Source of the DNA: Phoronis australis
Taxonomy: Eukaryota; Animalia; Phoronida
Assembly (NCBI GenBank): GCA_002633005.1
Contig: NMRA01000539.1
Span: forward strand, 1-64,000
DNA length: 64,000 nucleotides
Direction of reading: 5' to 3'
In this document: positions 49,901 to 60,559 of the stretch, one piece after another
How positions within the stretch are numbered: the first letter of the stretch is position 1
How the letters are laid out: every line of letters starts with the position of its first letter
Position numbers and translations under genes: made by a program
Notes under the pieces: model-generated
What the model was told of the DNA's origin: nothing
Database searches by the model: none
The model's input: the letters and a program-made list of their open reading frames with translations, nothing else

Positions 49901-52729
49901 TCCGAAACATAAAGAGCAACTTCCGCTTTTCGAGGTAAACGTCGTCTGCAACGCCGCAGTAAGAAAGGAATTTGCCGCGGAAATTTTATATCAAATCCGA
50001 TTTTTTTTACGCGGAAATATAATAAAATGCGCGGACAGAACATTTGAAAAAAGCGGAAATCCGCGTTTCCGCAGAAAATTCCAAGCCCTGATACCTCATG
50101 CTGGTTTTCCGTATGCAGTGCGAAAGACCTTGTGCCTTGTTGCGCAACAACATGTCAATTTTGTCCCACTTTTCTATCAAGTTTGGGAAACCCATAAGTG
50201 GTGTATTGCTTGAGACGAGGCTCTTTAAGTTGTCTTGTCGCAGTGTATCACTTCTCATCTGAAAAATGAGCAAATTGAGACCAATTTTGTAACGGCAAGT
50301 GGCTGCTCTGAAACAAAAGTTTGCTTCTTGGACAGAACACGGGTTTATAGCCACACAATAAAATTGCATCAAAATTTCTTGCTTTTTTCTGACCTTGCTT
50401 AATTCCAGGTGGCGCTGTTCATGCTTAACTTGTGTGTTTTCAGCCCTTCTGTATTTAGCAGTAAAGCTACAGCCAAGGCAAAAACAAAAAAGAAAGAAAA
50501 AAGGTAACTGCACTGTGGTTTGTGCCTGTGTATGACTTGGCCCTGACTCTTTCTGTATTCTATTTCAGTCTTAGAACAAGGTACCATTGGGTTGGAGGTA
50601 GAAAGTCAAAAAAGTACTGTACTAGTTAAATTTATTGATGAATTTTTCTTTGTTGTTTGATTTTCGTTGCGTTGCATATTCTAAATAATTCGTCATCAAG
50701 AATTAAAAGTCGTCATTGAGAATTAGAAATTGTCGTCGTGTAAAAACAATGCTGTTTGAGACGATATGCTCATGGTATGAATCAATGAATAGATTTTCAT
50801 GTTGTCTTGTTTTAGGGCGGTATCACGTGCCGCGGAACACCCAGGCTCAGATTTTTCAGTCTTGAAACAAATCATGGATCTATGTGTTCCAGTAGCAAAA
50901 AAATCATGCCGCTGTTGAGCAAAATAAGTTCTCAATCAGTTCTTGCTTTGTACTCGTAAAATCTGCTCTACGGAAACGTTGTTTGTGAAATGACTTAATA
51001 TTTAGAAGTTGAGTTAATAAATATTTTGCTTGTGAAAGAGTCACGAAACCCTTAATTATGAAAATAAAATGTCCCAGACACAAGTGCAAAAAAACATGCA
51101 GTTGTTAGGTCAAACTAGTGTGTTTCTGGGTTCATACTCATAAGTCTGTGTCCTGTGACATGTATGGGCTGGGTTTTTTTTGTCTTGAGTCAGCTGCTTT
51201 GTTTTGTCTAGGCAAAAGACTTTGACATTATTGTGTCAGTTGATGCAAATCATTTCCTGTACAAGGTGACTTGTTCTTGCACCATGTGCTTAAAAAACAC
51301 ATGATTAGACTTGATAAGAAAATATTATACATCACTACTTGTGGAACTTAGTGTAAAATGATTTTCCCTGACGTGGATTTGGGGAGTATGTACATGAGGG
51401 ATTATTGCATGTTCCGTGATAAGTGCTACCGACATTTGCAGAATTCTGTGGCTGTATATTTGTTACAGCTCAGAAATAAACTCAGTTTTATAAGTGATCG
51501 GGATCCGAGTTATATCGCGGAGTTCATTATTTTTGTATTGTTTGTTTCAGTTTAATTGTTATTTATGCTCAACGTTGTTTATCAAATATGACAAGAGGTT
51601 TCGTTGTTTTTTTTTTGCAATATGTTCTCGCAAAGTACAAGTAAGGGAAAAGTTAGGGGCTGTGTAGTCAAGCAAATTCCAAAAAGTGTTTGGCATGGAT
51701 GTGTTACTATGGAGAATGATATATTTTTGTAAAAAATATATTGTCTATTTCTAACAGTCATTTCAGTTTGGAGAAGTATTCACTATTTCTTTGTGAACTT
51801 CTTAATCATCTAATTACATGCGTGATTTAATTTGTATTTCAATTTTAATTATGTTTGTTTGAGTTAAAATAATCAAGCTTGAGTTACACATTGATGAATA
51901 TTTCAACAAATTGAGCAATACGACTCACTGCAGTTGATTTCTAGTCTTGGAGGCCCGTAGTCTTGTATTCTTGCATTTGGCTGGGTACCAAAATCTCCAT
52001 TTGTTGGTGAGTGACAAAAACGTTATCAATCATTAGATTGCTTTTTCTTTAAATAGCAATGTTGAGTGGTAGTATCATAACCAGTTGTATAGATATTCGT
52101 TCCTGGCCCCCTGGAGCAGTAGACTGCAGTGTACATGTTTTGTAAGATGTCAGTTCTGAGGCAGTATTCACAGCTTTATTTAGCTACACGCAGACCTGTA
52201 GCTCTTGTTTTGAACAGTATTCTGATTTGACAAGTCGCGCTCCGTGTAGTAAATCCTCACGTATATAGCACGCAATATGGCAGACAAGTGAAATTATATT
52301 TTGTGGAATTTCTCCTTTAAAGTAAAGATTAAGAACATTTTCCTCTATCCCAAGCGTGGTGTGCAGTGTGCAGACAATAATTACTAAAGTTCCCATTATT
52401 TACAATAAGGTAAGCAGCCTTCGAAAAAGGGATAAATGACAATTATGGGATTTATTTCTTTGGGAGGTATGTAGAGAATCACAGTACACCAAACACAGTC
52501 TTTTGAAACTGCCTGTGTTGTTTGATTGGTCCTTGTTGAAAACTGGTCTATGATAGTTGTTTTGGATCTATGTATTCTCATGCCGCTTTATCTTTATCTA
52601 GATTCTTGAGACTAAAACTATGGAAGCCTTGTTAAATCGTAACTCTCGTTTTACAGGACAACAAAAAATACGAAGAAGGACAAAAATGAGGAGATGTACC
52701 CTACAGCACGTGGCCTCGTCTCCAAATGA
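28959..52729 (+). CDS. KIF3B: Kinesin-2 motor subunit KIF3B / KRP95-like, 21 coding exons, about 752 aa
   Basis: All exons join in frame (2259 nt using one copy of each duplicated exon). Motor motifs [20 protein letters not shown] (P-loop), NEHSSRSH (switch I), LVDLAGSER (switch II), [19 protein letters not shown]; kinesin-2 neck [21 protein letters not shown]; KIF3B-type tail [16 protein letters not shown] and C-terminal [10 protein letters not shown]. Confidence 0.93.
30750..30844 (+). CDS. KIF3B: KIF3B exon ([31 protein letters not shown])
   Basis: tttcag|TCT ... AG|gtgagt, 95 nt. Confidence 0.92.
31741..32000. mobile_element. MITE with imperfect TIRs
   Basis: gggtctgtcttatgagacgtgactt..agact versus agtct..aagtcacttttcataaaacagatccc; second copy at about 22914. 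Confidence 0.6.
32214..32321 (+). CDS. KIF3B: KIF3B exon (IIEINSSRG...[12 protein letters not shown])
   Basis: tttcag|A ... AA|gtaagc, 108 nt. Confidence 0.92.
32292..32725 (+). repeat. Three-unit tandem array (112-160 bp) containing exon end plus donor
   Basis: gttcacatt-gat-ctgt-tatga---aa|gtaag recurs at 32292, 32404, 32562. Confidence 0.9.
33557..33681 (+). CDS. KIF3B: KIF3B exon with P-loop (SKQRDLYDE...[12 protein letters not shown])
   Basis: ttccag|T ... G|gtaagt, 125 nt. Confidence 0.95.
34209..34558. other. Assembly gap (N run)
   Basis: Ns inside a KIF3B intron; flanking exons join in phase with no missing motif. Confidence 0.99.
35079..35287 (+). CDS. KIF3B: KIF3B exon ([15 protein letters not shown]...RPDTGVYVK)
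   Basis: ctacag|GT ... AAG|gtaggt, 209 nt. Confidence 0.95.
35265..36105 (+). repeat. G-rich tandem array of about 8 units (92-115 bp) containing exon end plus donor
   Basis: gacac-ggtgtctatgtgaag|gtaggt-like units at 35267, 35376, 35488, 35594, 35708, 35800, 35896, 36011. Confidence 0.88.
36108..36810 (+). repeat. Interspersed repeat, copy 2 (same family as 10230-10985)
   Basis: Colinear similarity to 10230-10985. Confidence 0.8.
37311..37390 (+). CDS. KIF3B: KIF3B exon ([27 protein letters not shown])
   Basis: ttgcag|GAT ... GG|gtaggt, 80 nt. Confidence 0.93.
38486..38555 (+). CDS. KIF3B: KIF3B exon with switch I ([23 protein letters not shown])
   Basis: gacag|T ... GAG|gtaagg, 70 nt. 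Confidence 0.95.
39102..39194 (+). CDS. KIF3B: KIF3B exon with switch II ([31 protein letters not shown])
   Basis: ttacag|GAA ... GAG|gtgaga, 93 nt. Confidence 0.95.
39797..39929 (+). CDS. KIF3B: KIF3B exon ([21 protein letters not shown]...LTRLLQ)
   Basis: cccag|GGT ... G|gtaggt, 133 nt. Confidence 0.95.
40250..40337 (+). CDS. KIF3B: KIF3B exon ([29 protein letters not shown])
   Basis: ttccag|AT ... AG|gtaagt, 88 nt. Confidence 0.95.
40728..40906 (+). CDS. KIF3B: KIF3B exon: neck and basic stretch ([20 protein letters not shown]...RRGPD)
   Basis: tctcag|G ... G|gtacgt, 179 nt. Confidence 0.94.
41876..42024 (+). CDS. KIF3B: KIF3B exon: acidic hinge ([10 protein letters not shown]...NDKNIIAE)
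   Basis: tttaaag|GT ... GAG|gtacac, 149 nt; phases match both neighbours. Confidence 0.85.
42700..42792 (+). CDS. KIF3B: KIF3B stalk exon copy A ([10 protein letters not shown]...LASKIK)
   Basis: ttacag|GAA ... AAG|gtgagt, 93 nt; identical to 43465-43557. Confidence 0.75.
43465..43557 (+). CDS. KIF3B: KIF3B stalk exon copy B (probable allelic duplicate of 42700-42792)
   Basis: Same 93-nt exon within a 764-bp duplication joined by a single N. Confidence 0.75.
44353..44457 (+). CDS. KIF3B: KIF3B exon ([35 protein letters not shown])
   Basis: atttag|GCT ... AAG|gtatgt, 105 nt; kinesin-2 [12 protein letters not shown] motif. Confidence 0.94.
45231..45350 (+). CDS. KIF3B: KIF3B exon ([10 protein letters not shown]...[15 protein letters not shown])
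   Basis: taccag|CGT ... AAG|gtaatc, 120 nt. Confidence 0.93.
46584..46702 (+). CDS. KIF3B: KIF3B exon ([12 protein letters not shown]...NELTRELKL)
   Basis: gcgcag|ATG ... AA|gtgagt, 119 nt. Confidence 0.93.
46659..46908 (+). repeat. 100-bp tandem repeat (2.5 copies) spanning exon end plus donor
   Basis: ttggagcagacg..ttgactagggag-tcaagtt-aa|gtga at 46659, 46759, 46859. Confidence 0.92.
47263..47373 (+). CDS. KIF3B: KIF3B exon copy A ([13 protein letters not shown]...WKIMPLQK)
   Basis: ttgtag|G ... AA|gtaggt, 111 nt; identical to 47843-47953. Confidence 0.75.
47843..47953 (+). CDS. KIF3B: KIF3B exon copy B (probable allelic duplicate of 47263-47373)
   Basis: Same exon within a 579-bp duplication joined by a single N at 47466. 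Confidence 0.75.
48358..48463 (+). CDS. KIF3B: KIF3B tail exon ([23 protein letters not shown]...NPRYK)
   Basis: ctgcag|T ... AAG|gtatgt, 106 nt. Confidence 0.92.
48745..48884 (+). CDS. KIF3B: KIF3B tail exon ([22 protein letters not shown]...DIDIDG)
   Basis: gtcaag|GGT ... AA|gtaagg, 140 nt. Confidence 0.93.
49587..50090. mobile_element. Non-autonomous DNA transposon, hAT-like termini
   Basis: 13-bp perfect TIR CAGGGCTTGGAAT / ATTCCAAGCCCTG, CpG-rich interior with repeated GCGGAAA; no clean 8-bp TSD. Confidence 0.65.
50444..50503 (+). CDS. KIF3B: KIF3B tail exon ([19 protein letters not shown])
   Basis: ttttcag|C ... AG|gtaact, 60 nt, phase 2/2, basic tail composition. Confidence 0.72.
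52657..52729 (+). CDS. KIF3B: KIF3B last coding exon ([23 protein letters not shown])
   Basis: ttacag|G ... TGA; YPxxRGLV kinesin-2 C-terminal motif. Confidence 0.9.
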
Positions 52730-55700
52730 TGCTACCTTTCCCTGGGCACCACCCACGTGGCTATCTTATTGATCACTGTCGCCTGCTACATGACCTCTGA
52801 CATCGCGCGTCAGGTGTTTTTCCTCTCCTGAAGATGTCCTCGCTCTCCATGTGCAAAGTCCCTGCAGCTGTTCAGTACACGCGTGATATTCACGTGTGGT
52901 ACCTTTTGTACCTGTGTTAGTTGTTGAGACGAGAAAGAAGTGCGGTGGTATTCTTTACTTTACCAAAGCTATTGAGTTATCAAAGCTGGCTTTTTCGCAA
53001 ATTGTTTTTATTAAGTGTTCTCGTACTGCTATAAACAGATGATTTCAGTACTGTGCACTGTAAAACTCCTAGGTGAGATATTGAGTTTCCATTAATATTT
53101 TTTGACAATGGACAGTGACACTGACTGAAGGAAGTATGCATTTATTGGGTCATGACAAACAGAAGTCATGTATTTGTGCAGTGAGTAGTATTTATTATCA
53201 AGAATATTTTGACAATCTTGTCAGACTATCAAACCATGTGTATTTGCTGGAAGCAATTTGTCTCTTAAAGCATTATCTTCCGTCATGTTTACTGATCTGT
53301 CCATATTTCCTGTAACTTCAGATGGGTCAATTTTAATCTAATTCGAATGTTAAAACAAACTCCTGATTTTACGCAGCCTATTCATTAAGCTCGCTTGAGC
53401 TTCAGTTTAAATTCAAACAACGTTAAACAGAATTTTTATTGGAGATTTTTACTATACATTCATATAGCTTATACATGTTTGTGTGTTCAACTCTTCCCTC
53501 CAATTTTTCAACGTGCATAAATTAAAACGGGAATCTCATTGTACTCCTTTGTGAGTCACTAGTTCATCTTAAAATCCGAAAATGTATTTTTTGTGGCATG
53601 CCATGTTTCGTGATAGTCACCGATTGCCTTCGATAGTTGCCATTTAACAGTTATGTTTGCTGCTCCATGCATACTCGTCTCTTGTGTCCTTGACACGACC
53701 TTGACCTAATTAGAATATGACTGGTAATCACCTAATTCATTTGCTGGTTAGGTAATATGCTATTAATGGAATGGCATGTTTTGACTAAGTAGGTTATTGT
53801 TGCCTTGTGTTGGCTGTATTTCATCTCCCTAGATTTATCAAATGTGTTCCTGTATCTAGATTAGGTCTCCAATCTTGCAGTTTGTTTGCTGATTGGCATC
53901 TGTGCCCCAGATATTGGCGAAGGAATATTTTTCAATGATAATTAACAATGACCTGTGCTGATAGTTTGAAGTGCATAGTCCAGCGTCTAATTTTCATTGA
54001 GAAACATTAGAAACTTGACTCTGCCCATTTTACAACACCTTGTACAATGAGATTTGTACAAGTTAGAACTGCAGTCAAGATCCCTGTTAATCAAGAATGT
54101 CCATCTAAGGTGGTTTTGTATGAGCAGAGCAATTGACTTCATGGCAATAAAACATTGGGTAAAATAAATTGGTTTACCATGATCTAAAATTGGTGAGCTT
54201 TCGCACTTTTTGACTTCTGGAATTGAATTCTTGTGAAAAGTTGTGTTAGAATATTCTTAGCTGAAATTACATATTAAAAACGCTTTGGCTTTCAGTTGCT
54301 AATGGCAGTTGTATTTAGTGGTAGTGGCACTCATTCATTTACGGCAGATAGTTGACCTTTGAGGTGTGATGCCACACAGATGGCCACAGAAGGCTCAGTG
54401 GACTAGCTTGATATCTGATGTAGCCTTGATTTGGAAACTGCCATCGTCCGTCCGGAGTGGAAAACAATGAGGGAAGTAATGTTTATACTGAAAGTAATGA
54501 AAGTAAATGTTTATATTGAAAAAAAATAATTAAATTTTTTTTTCAGAATTTCATTGCCCCTTATTGTTTATTTTCAATAGAAAAGTTAGAAAGTATCAAG
54601 TTTGAAATAGAAGCTCTCAGGTGTACAGTTCTCTAAAAATGTCTGTACTTTGACATCTGAATCCGGACCTTTCTCAAGTGACCGCTGAAGTATGATACAA
54701 TCTCCACACCTTATGATATGCCTGTGAAGGCCTACGACTTGTCGACAAGTTTTCTATATTGTCAACTTCCCTAAGGATTACGAGCATAGAGCTTAATTTT
54801 TTTTTCATTGTTGTAACAGTTTTGGGTCTGGGGTCAGCAGACTGATAGTCCAGCTTGACCCTCCCCTTCTTGACCCTTGGCCACCTATATGTGGTACCTG
54901 ACAACTGTTATCCAACTGTTGTTAATACTAATCCATGGAAACCCCATGGGTCAATGGACCTTAGAAGACTATTGTTAAGGCAAGCTTGAGGTAAGTGTTG
55001 GTGGAACACAAAGGTTTGAGGCTTATGGTGGACCATGCTTGGAATCTGGACTGATGGATTTATTTGTATTAGGGATTTGACTTTGTCAACAATACAGTAG
55101 ACTTTGCTCTTTTAATGTGAAAATGACAACAGCACTGACCTTAGTACTCATAAGGTGAAGTTTGTATGGGGAAATTTTCAATTACCTCTTCAGACTAATA
55201 ACTTAATGCTGGAATTTGACAGAAGTGTTCATTGATGGTGGGATTATGAGACTGAATTATAGGATTTCTGTGTGTGGACGCAAAACAGCTGGCATTGATT
55301 TTTTTCTAGTATGGCTACTCCGTTTTTCTCAGCCAATTTAATACCTTTGTTAAGGGTGGTTGTTTCATGTCTTAATTATAAGTTGTTTGAAATCTGCTAA
55401 ATTTTTAAACAGATTTCCGTTAAAAAATTGAATGTTGTTCTTTGAAATTACGAAATGTGTTGGCTCGTTATCGTCTTATACTTGATAAAAACACATAGTC
55501 AAGCATGGAGTTTAAAAGGGTACTAAACCCTGTGTTGGGGATTTCGATCAATTTTCGTTCTACCACCTGCTAATGCACCTTTGACATCCCACTTGACTGA
55601 TAAAAGCAGGTTTCTAATAAAAACTGGTACTTTCTTTGTCGCGGACAGGATATTATGGTTCTTGATGGGTGGTCATCCCTACAGTTGCCGCATAACTTCC

Positions 55701-56727
55701 CTAAAGCGTAGGTCACGGTTGCCCCTGGAGCGGATTTTTCAAGGAATTTTCAAATTTTACTCGAAACATTTGAGGGTTGTTGAGGGTTAAATGGCATTAT
55801 TTTGTTTCTGAGAGCCAGATGGGAACCTGATTTTTAATATCTGTTAATAGGCCAAATCCGGGTTTAGTATCATTGTAACATAATGATATTCAACAGCTTA
55901 TTTATCACTGACTTACTTACAGTACATGTGTTTGGTTATATTTGCCTGTGCTTCATTGATAATTGAAGACTTAGATACAATGTCATTCACCTTTGACCTG
56001 TGGATAAGGCTACATGGGTCATTGACCTTTGGCCTCTCGATAAGGCTACAATGCCATTAACCTTTACCCTGCTGATGAGCCTCTATTTATTTACCTCACT
56101 ACAAGCTGTGTTGGCTTTGGGCTCTTTCCTACAGATTTCTGTTTTCACACTGACCTTAAATTTTGTTTTTGTTGTAAGATTAATGTGAAGGTTAATCTTA
56201 AGAGGTTTTTAATTTATGAAACTTAAGTTTTTGTCTGCTACGAAGTATGTGCCACTTTCTCTGGGGCTTGTGTTAACACTGCTGGATTTGCAGTTAGAGG
56301 TACTAAAAGTACCATTCATGATTATGCATACTCTTGTTTTTGCAAGCATGTCATAACAATTTCTTTATGAGAAACTCAAACTTAACTAGGTGGTTCTTGT
56401 CAGTGTGAAATAGTAAAAGTGCCTGTTCTAGGATTTCCCAAACACAAAACACCCTAATGCATTAAGTCTTGTAGGTGGGGGGGAGGGGGAGGGGGGTAAG
56501 TGCTACCCAAAACCTCTTTCAATAGGCTGTTGTTACAGACAATTGGCATTTTGAATTAGTCTGTTGGTGTGAATTGCTGGAGATTACCAAGATCTGTTTA
56601 GTTGAATTCGTTAAATTAAATACAGCTTTACAAAGTCTTTATGATTGTGGCTAACATGATAATTGTTTTATCATCTCCCTTTGGTTTTTAATAGCTGCAT
56701 GTGTCCCAAATGTTGAATAAGGTGAAC

Positions 56728-56788
56728 ATTTTTGGAAATGGCGAAATTTTTGGAAATGGCGAAATTTTTGGAAATGATGAAATTTTTG
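56728..56788. repeat. 18-bp tandem repeat (atttttggaaatggcgaa) about 3 copies
   Basis: Direct inspection. Confidence 0.85.
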
Positions 56789-59700
56789 CCATCGCCATCA
56801 ACAGTCCAGCTTCATTGTCACTTCAATTGTGTCCATTTTGCTCAGTGTCCGCGGTTACAGTGACAAGGTTGTGCTCCAAACACCCTCATTTCACTGGCGT
56901 CATCTTGCTAGACCCCCAGGAAACTCCTTAGTTATAGGATGCATACTGTGCAGATAAGCTGCTTTTTTGCTCTCGTTCTACAAAACATTAAGAAGAGCCG
57001 CTCTTCATCAGCACCACCTAGTGAGTATTATTGAAAACAGTTTTTCTCATGGAGTCACTGAAATTTTTGCAAATCAAGGTACAACAGTTTTCAAAGTCGA
57101 AATTTGACAGTTTCAGTCCACAAATATGCGACTAAATATCCCACATTACTTTTCAACTAGAACCCGCTTCAGTTCTTACTAAATCTGAGCAAAATCTTGA
57201 CAGGATGTTGCTCCGTGCATGTTGGGGAGTCAACTACTTACTGTGTATTGAGTCCATTCAACAAACAATTTGAGGCTAGGCTCACCAATATGGTTCATTA
57301 AATTCCAACAAAAATTCGATAAATACGCTATTTTATTGCTACAAAAGGTTGACCGAACTGCCAATTAATTCTGTCAAAAAATTATCCCAGTTCTGTCGGA
57401 AGTCTTTTTTTTGAAAACTGATGTATTTTTACTTTTACTTTTTTAATTTTTGATAGGTTTTTCATGAAATCAATTCCACTAAGATAATTTTAGTTGTGTT
57501 ATTATTTAGTTTCATTCTAGTGTAGTTTTCAAGCAAAATCAATTAAGGAGATATTTTACACACATTTCAAAGAACTATGCCGTCGTATCAACGTGATTGA
57601 CAGCGTAGTTACATGCATTAGTTTGAAACAAATTCGAATGTTCGATCGTTAAAGAAATAACTTTGAAATTAATGTTTCATGTATTTTGGAATAGGTTGTG
57701 TGCAGAGAATAGCCTTTGTCTGGTATAGTCAGATGTTGTGGGAAACTGAGGTTCATGAAATTTTGTTTTCGGTATTTATGAACGTACCTGATTGAAAGAG
57801 GTGTTGAAAAGGCAACTGTTTGATAATGTCTATTAACAGTTAATTCTTGTGTGATAAGCAGGGGTCAACATCCGTGGAGTCATTAATGTTGCCTGGTGGT
57901 TGTGTCACTAAGTGACCACCTGCACAATCAGGTGTGAATTTCGTGATAACGCAAGATGGACTGCTCAGCATGAGAGGCATAAATTATGTTGATGAGTTTG
58001 CACGTCCTTCAAATCCTGTAGTCCTCTGTGCAGAGATATACAGATGCATCTCAATTCATGGGAGGTGGTTTTGGGTATTTTTTGCAGTCTTGCCTTCTGC
58101 AATCTGAAGTGGTTAGCAGGTTGATCATGAAATTGTTCTCCTTTCCAATGAAGAATCATTTCTATGTTAAAAAGCTTGAAGTATGCTATTGAGGCATTTG
58201 TTACTCTGGGTGTCACTTCAAATTTTCCAAGATTTTAGCTGTGTGGTAGAAACACGCAAATTATGGTGTTTTCACAATCATTTTTCCGGGTGAAACGTAA
58301 ATCTTTATTTTTTTTAGCTTGCATTTGAAGTTTTGAAATTCTCAGCTTTTCTTTCTGCTAACTCCTTTGTGGGTTAGCAGCAGAAGTTGTCTAAATTTAT
58401 TGCTGTTGTAAATCATAACCAGCTGTCCTCACAACCTACATTATTCAGGCCTGTTTACCCCTGGGCTGACTGATCTAGTTGACTATAAGAGGCAATATGT
58501 CACTCAACAGTTAAGAGTACACTCAACAGCTCTGGAGCATTTCAGAGGCTGAAACACCTGATACTGACGTTTTTTCATTGTTAACCAACTCTGTTGTATG
58601 GTTGAATTGTAAGATTGATCACGCACTTGGTTATAGGATGTTTCCAAGAAAATCACCAAAGGCCTGAATTTGTTGTGTATTTGCAAATCGGAATTTTTTG
58701 TCGTGGTTGATTACGTCTCCGGTTACATTAATTCTTCACTTATTGTGCACAAAAATAATTCCCATCGTCATTCTCCAGCTCCAAAGACTGATTTCCTTTC
58801 TGCGGATATTGGGATGTTCGCTTAATTGTTGCTTTTTGACATCTCCATAGTAAAATACAAGCTAATGATAATATTTCAGTTGTAATTTTGACGAAATAAA
58901 ATTTGCTTTTCCACCATATTGTGAAGATTACCCTGTCACCCTCGACAATTGTAAATCTAGTATTTTCGTTGATTTTACCCATCATTCCAAAACTATGTAG
59001 TGAGTTCCAATGCAACTGTCATTACAACAGTTCTTGTAGTCTGCAGTTACAAATTTAACCATCCAGTAAATACATTGGGTATCAGATGGCAGGGATCATG
59101 GTTTCAGTGTTCCAAAGTTTTACCTTCTCACTTACAAACATAGAGAATCATGTAAACATCTTGAATCTGTGTGTTATGTCAGCATGTGACATCTGTCACG
59201 TTTGCTAATGTCAGGGCTGGTTTGTTATGCTGAATACTGCAAGAACTACTTCCCTCTGCACCAACGGGGTCAATGACCTGATAGTCAATGATGTCTCATT
59301 TAAGTTGTGTGGCAATGTTATTGATTGGCCTTAAAATTTTGGTGTAAGATTGGAAATAAATCGGCAAAACTACCATCTTGGAGTGGGTATACCTGGCATG
59401 AATTTGCATTACTCCTATTGATATTGAGAGATATTTACTTGTCCACCTTTGATTCATATTATTCTCACCACTGAATTTCAGAGAAAAACGGTTTCTTAAA
59501 ATTTCACTTTTTTAATTTTTCAAGACTTTCTGCCATTGCTGTGAATGCCCATATTTTTCAAAATAATGCATTGGAGAAACACAATACAAAACTTGAATAT
59601 GGTAAAGCACTATATTTTAGTAGGGTAGGCTATTTATGAAAAAAGTAAGAAAATGAAATTTCACCTGTCTGCCATATTGGGTCCAAAAGTGATGAGAGTT

Positions 59701-59932
59701 TACTGTAAAACCGGAAATGTTCTTTTTAGTGCTTTGGTGTTCAAAGCCAACAAGGCCATCTTTAATTAAGATATGTTTCCTCTCCACCTCCAGTCACTGA
59801 CTGTCACTGTTGGTAGGTAAAACACACTGTTGTGGGGGGGGGGCTGCACAATCATTTTTGTGGAATGAATGTGTCGAATATTCAAACTGAAATTAATTGA
59901 AGGTTGAGTCTAGCAGCATTCTGCTATCAATG

Positions 59933-60531
59933 ACAGATGGCAACTTGATTATAGTATGAACCTGATCCTTCAGTCTGCTTGTAGATTGAATTCTTTCTGT
60001 TTGAAAGAACTCTGTGATTAATGACTGGTTTTGTATTGTGACTGAGACTGTACTATTGATAGGTTTCCTTACAAATACCATTAAAAATAACTGGTATATT
60101 AAAACCTCTAAAGAACACATCTATTTGTTGAAAGACCTTTTAAACATCGCTAATAGTGCCCATAAATCTCTATGGAGGCATTGACCAGCTCCTTATCATA
60201 TTTTGTCCCAGATATGTGACCAAAAGTAGCTNACAGATGGCAACTTGATTATAGTATGAGCCTGATCCTTCAGTCTGCTTGTAGGTTGAATTCTTTCTGT
60301 TTGAAAGAACTCTGTGATTAATGACTGGTTTTGTATTGTGACTGAGACTGTACTATTGATAGGTTTCCTTACAAATACCATTAAAAATAACTGGTATATT
60401 AAAACCTCTAAAGAACACATCTATTTGTTGAAAGACCTTTTAAACATTGCTAATAGTGCCCATAAATCTCTATGGAGGCATTGACCAGCTCCTTATCATA
60501 TTTTGTCCCAGATATGTGACCAAAAGTAGCT
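59933..60531. repeat. 299-bp near-identical duplication joined by single N (60232), probable assembly artefact
   Basis: 59933-60231 vs 60233-60531. Confidence 0.9.
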
Positions 60532-60546
60532 GTGACTCTGCCTGGT

Positions 60547-60559
60547 GTTGCTAGGCAAC
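60547..60559. promoter_or_regulatory. RFX X-box-like site GTTGCTAGGCAAC
   Basis: Near-palindromic full X-box match downstream of a ciliary motor gene; motif only. Confidence 0.4.

Noticed and set aside
51212-51265. Candidate extra phase-2/2 KIF3B tail exon ([17 protein letters not shown])
   Set aside because: Composition unlike kinesin-2 tails and the gene is complete without it.
52727-52831. Stop-codon readthrough extension of KIF3B
   Set aside because: TGA-TGC is not a strong readthrough context and there is no conservation evidence.
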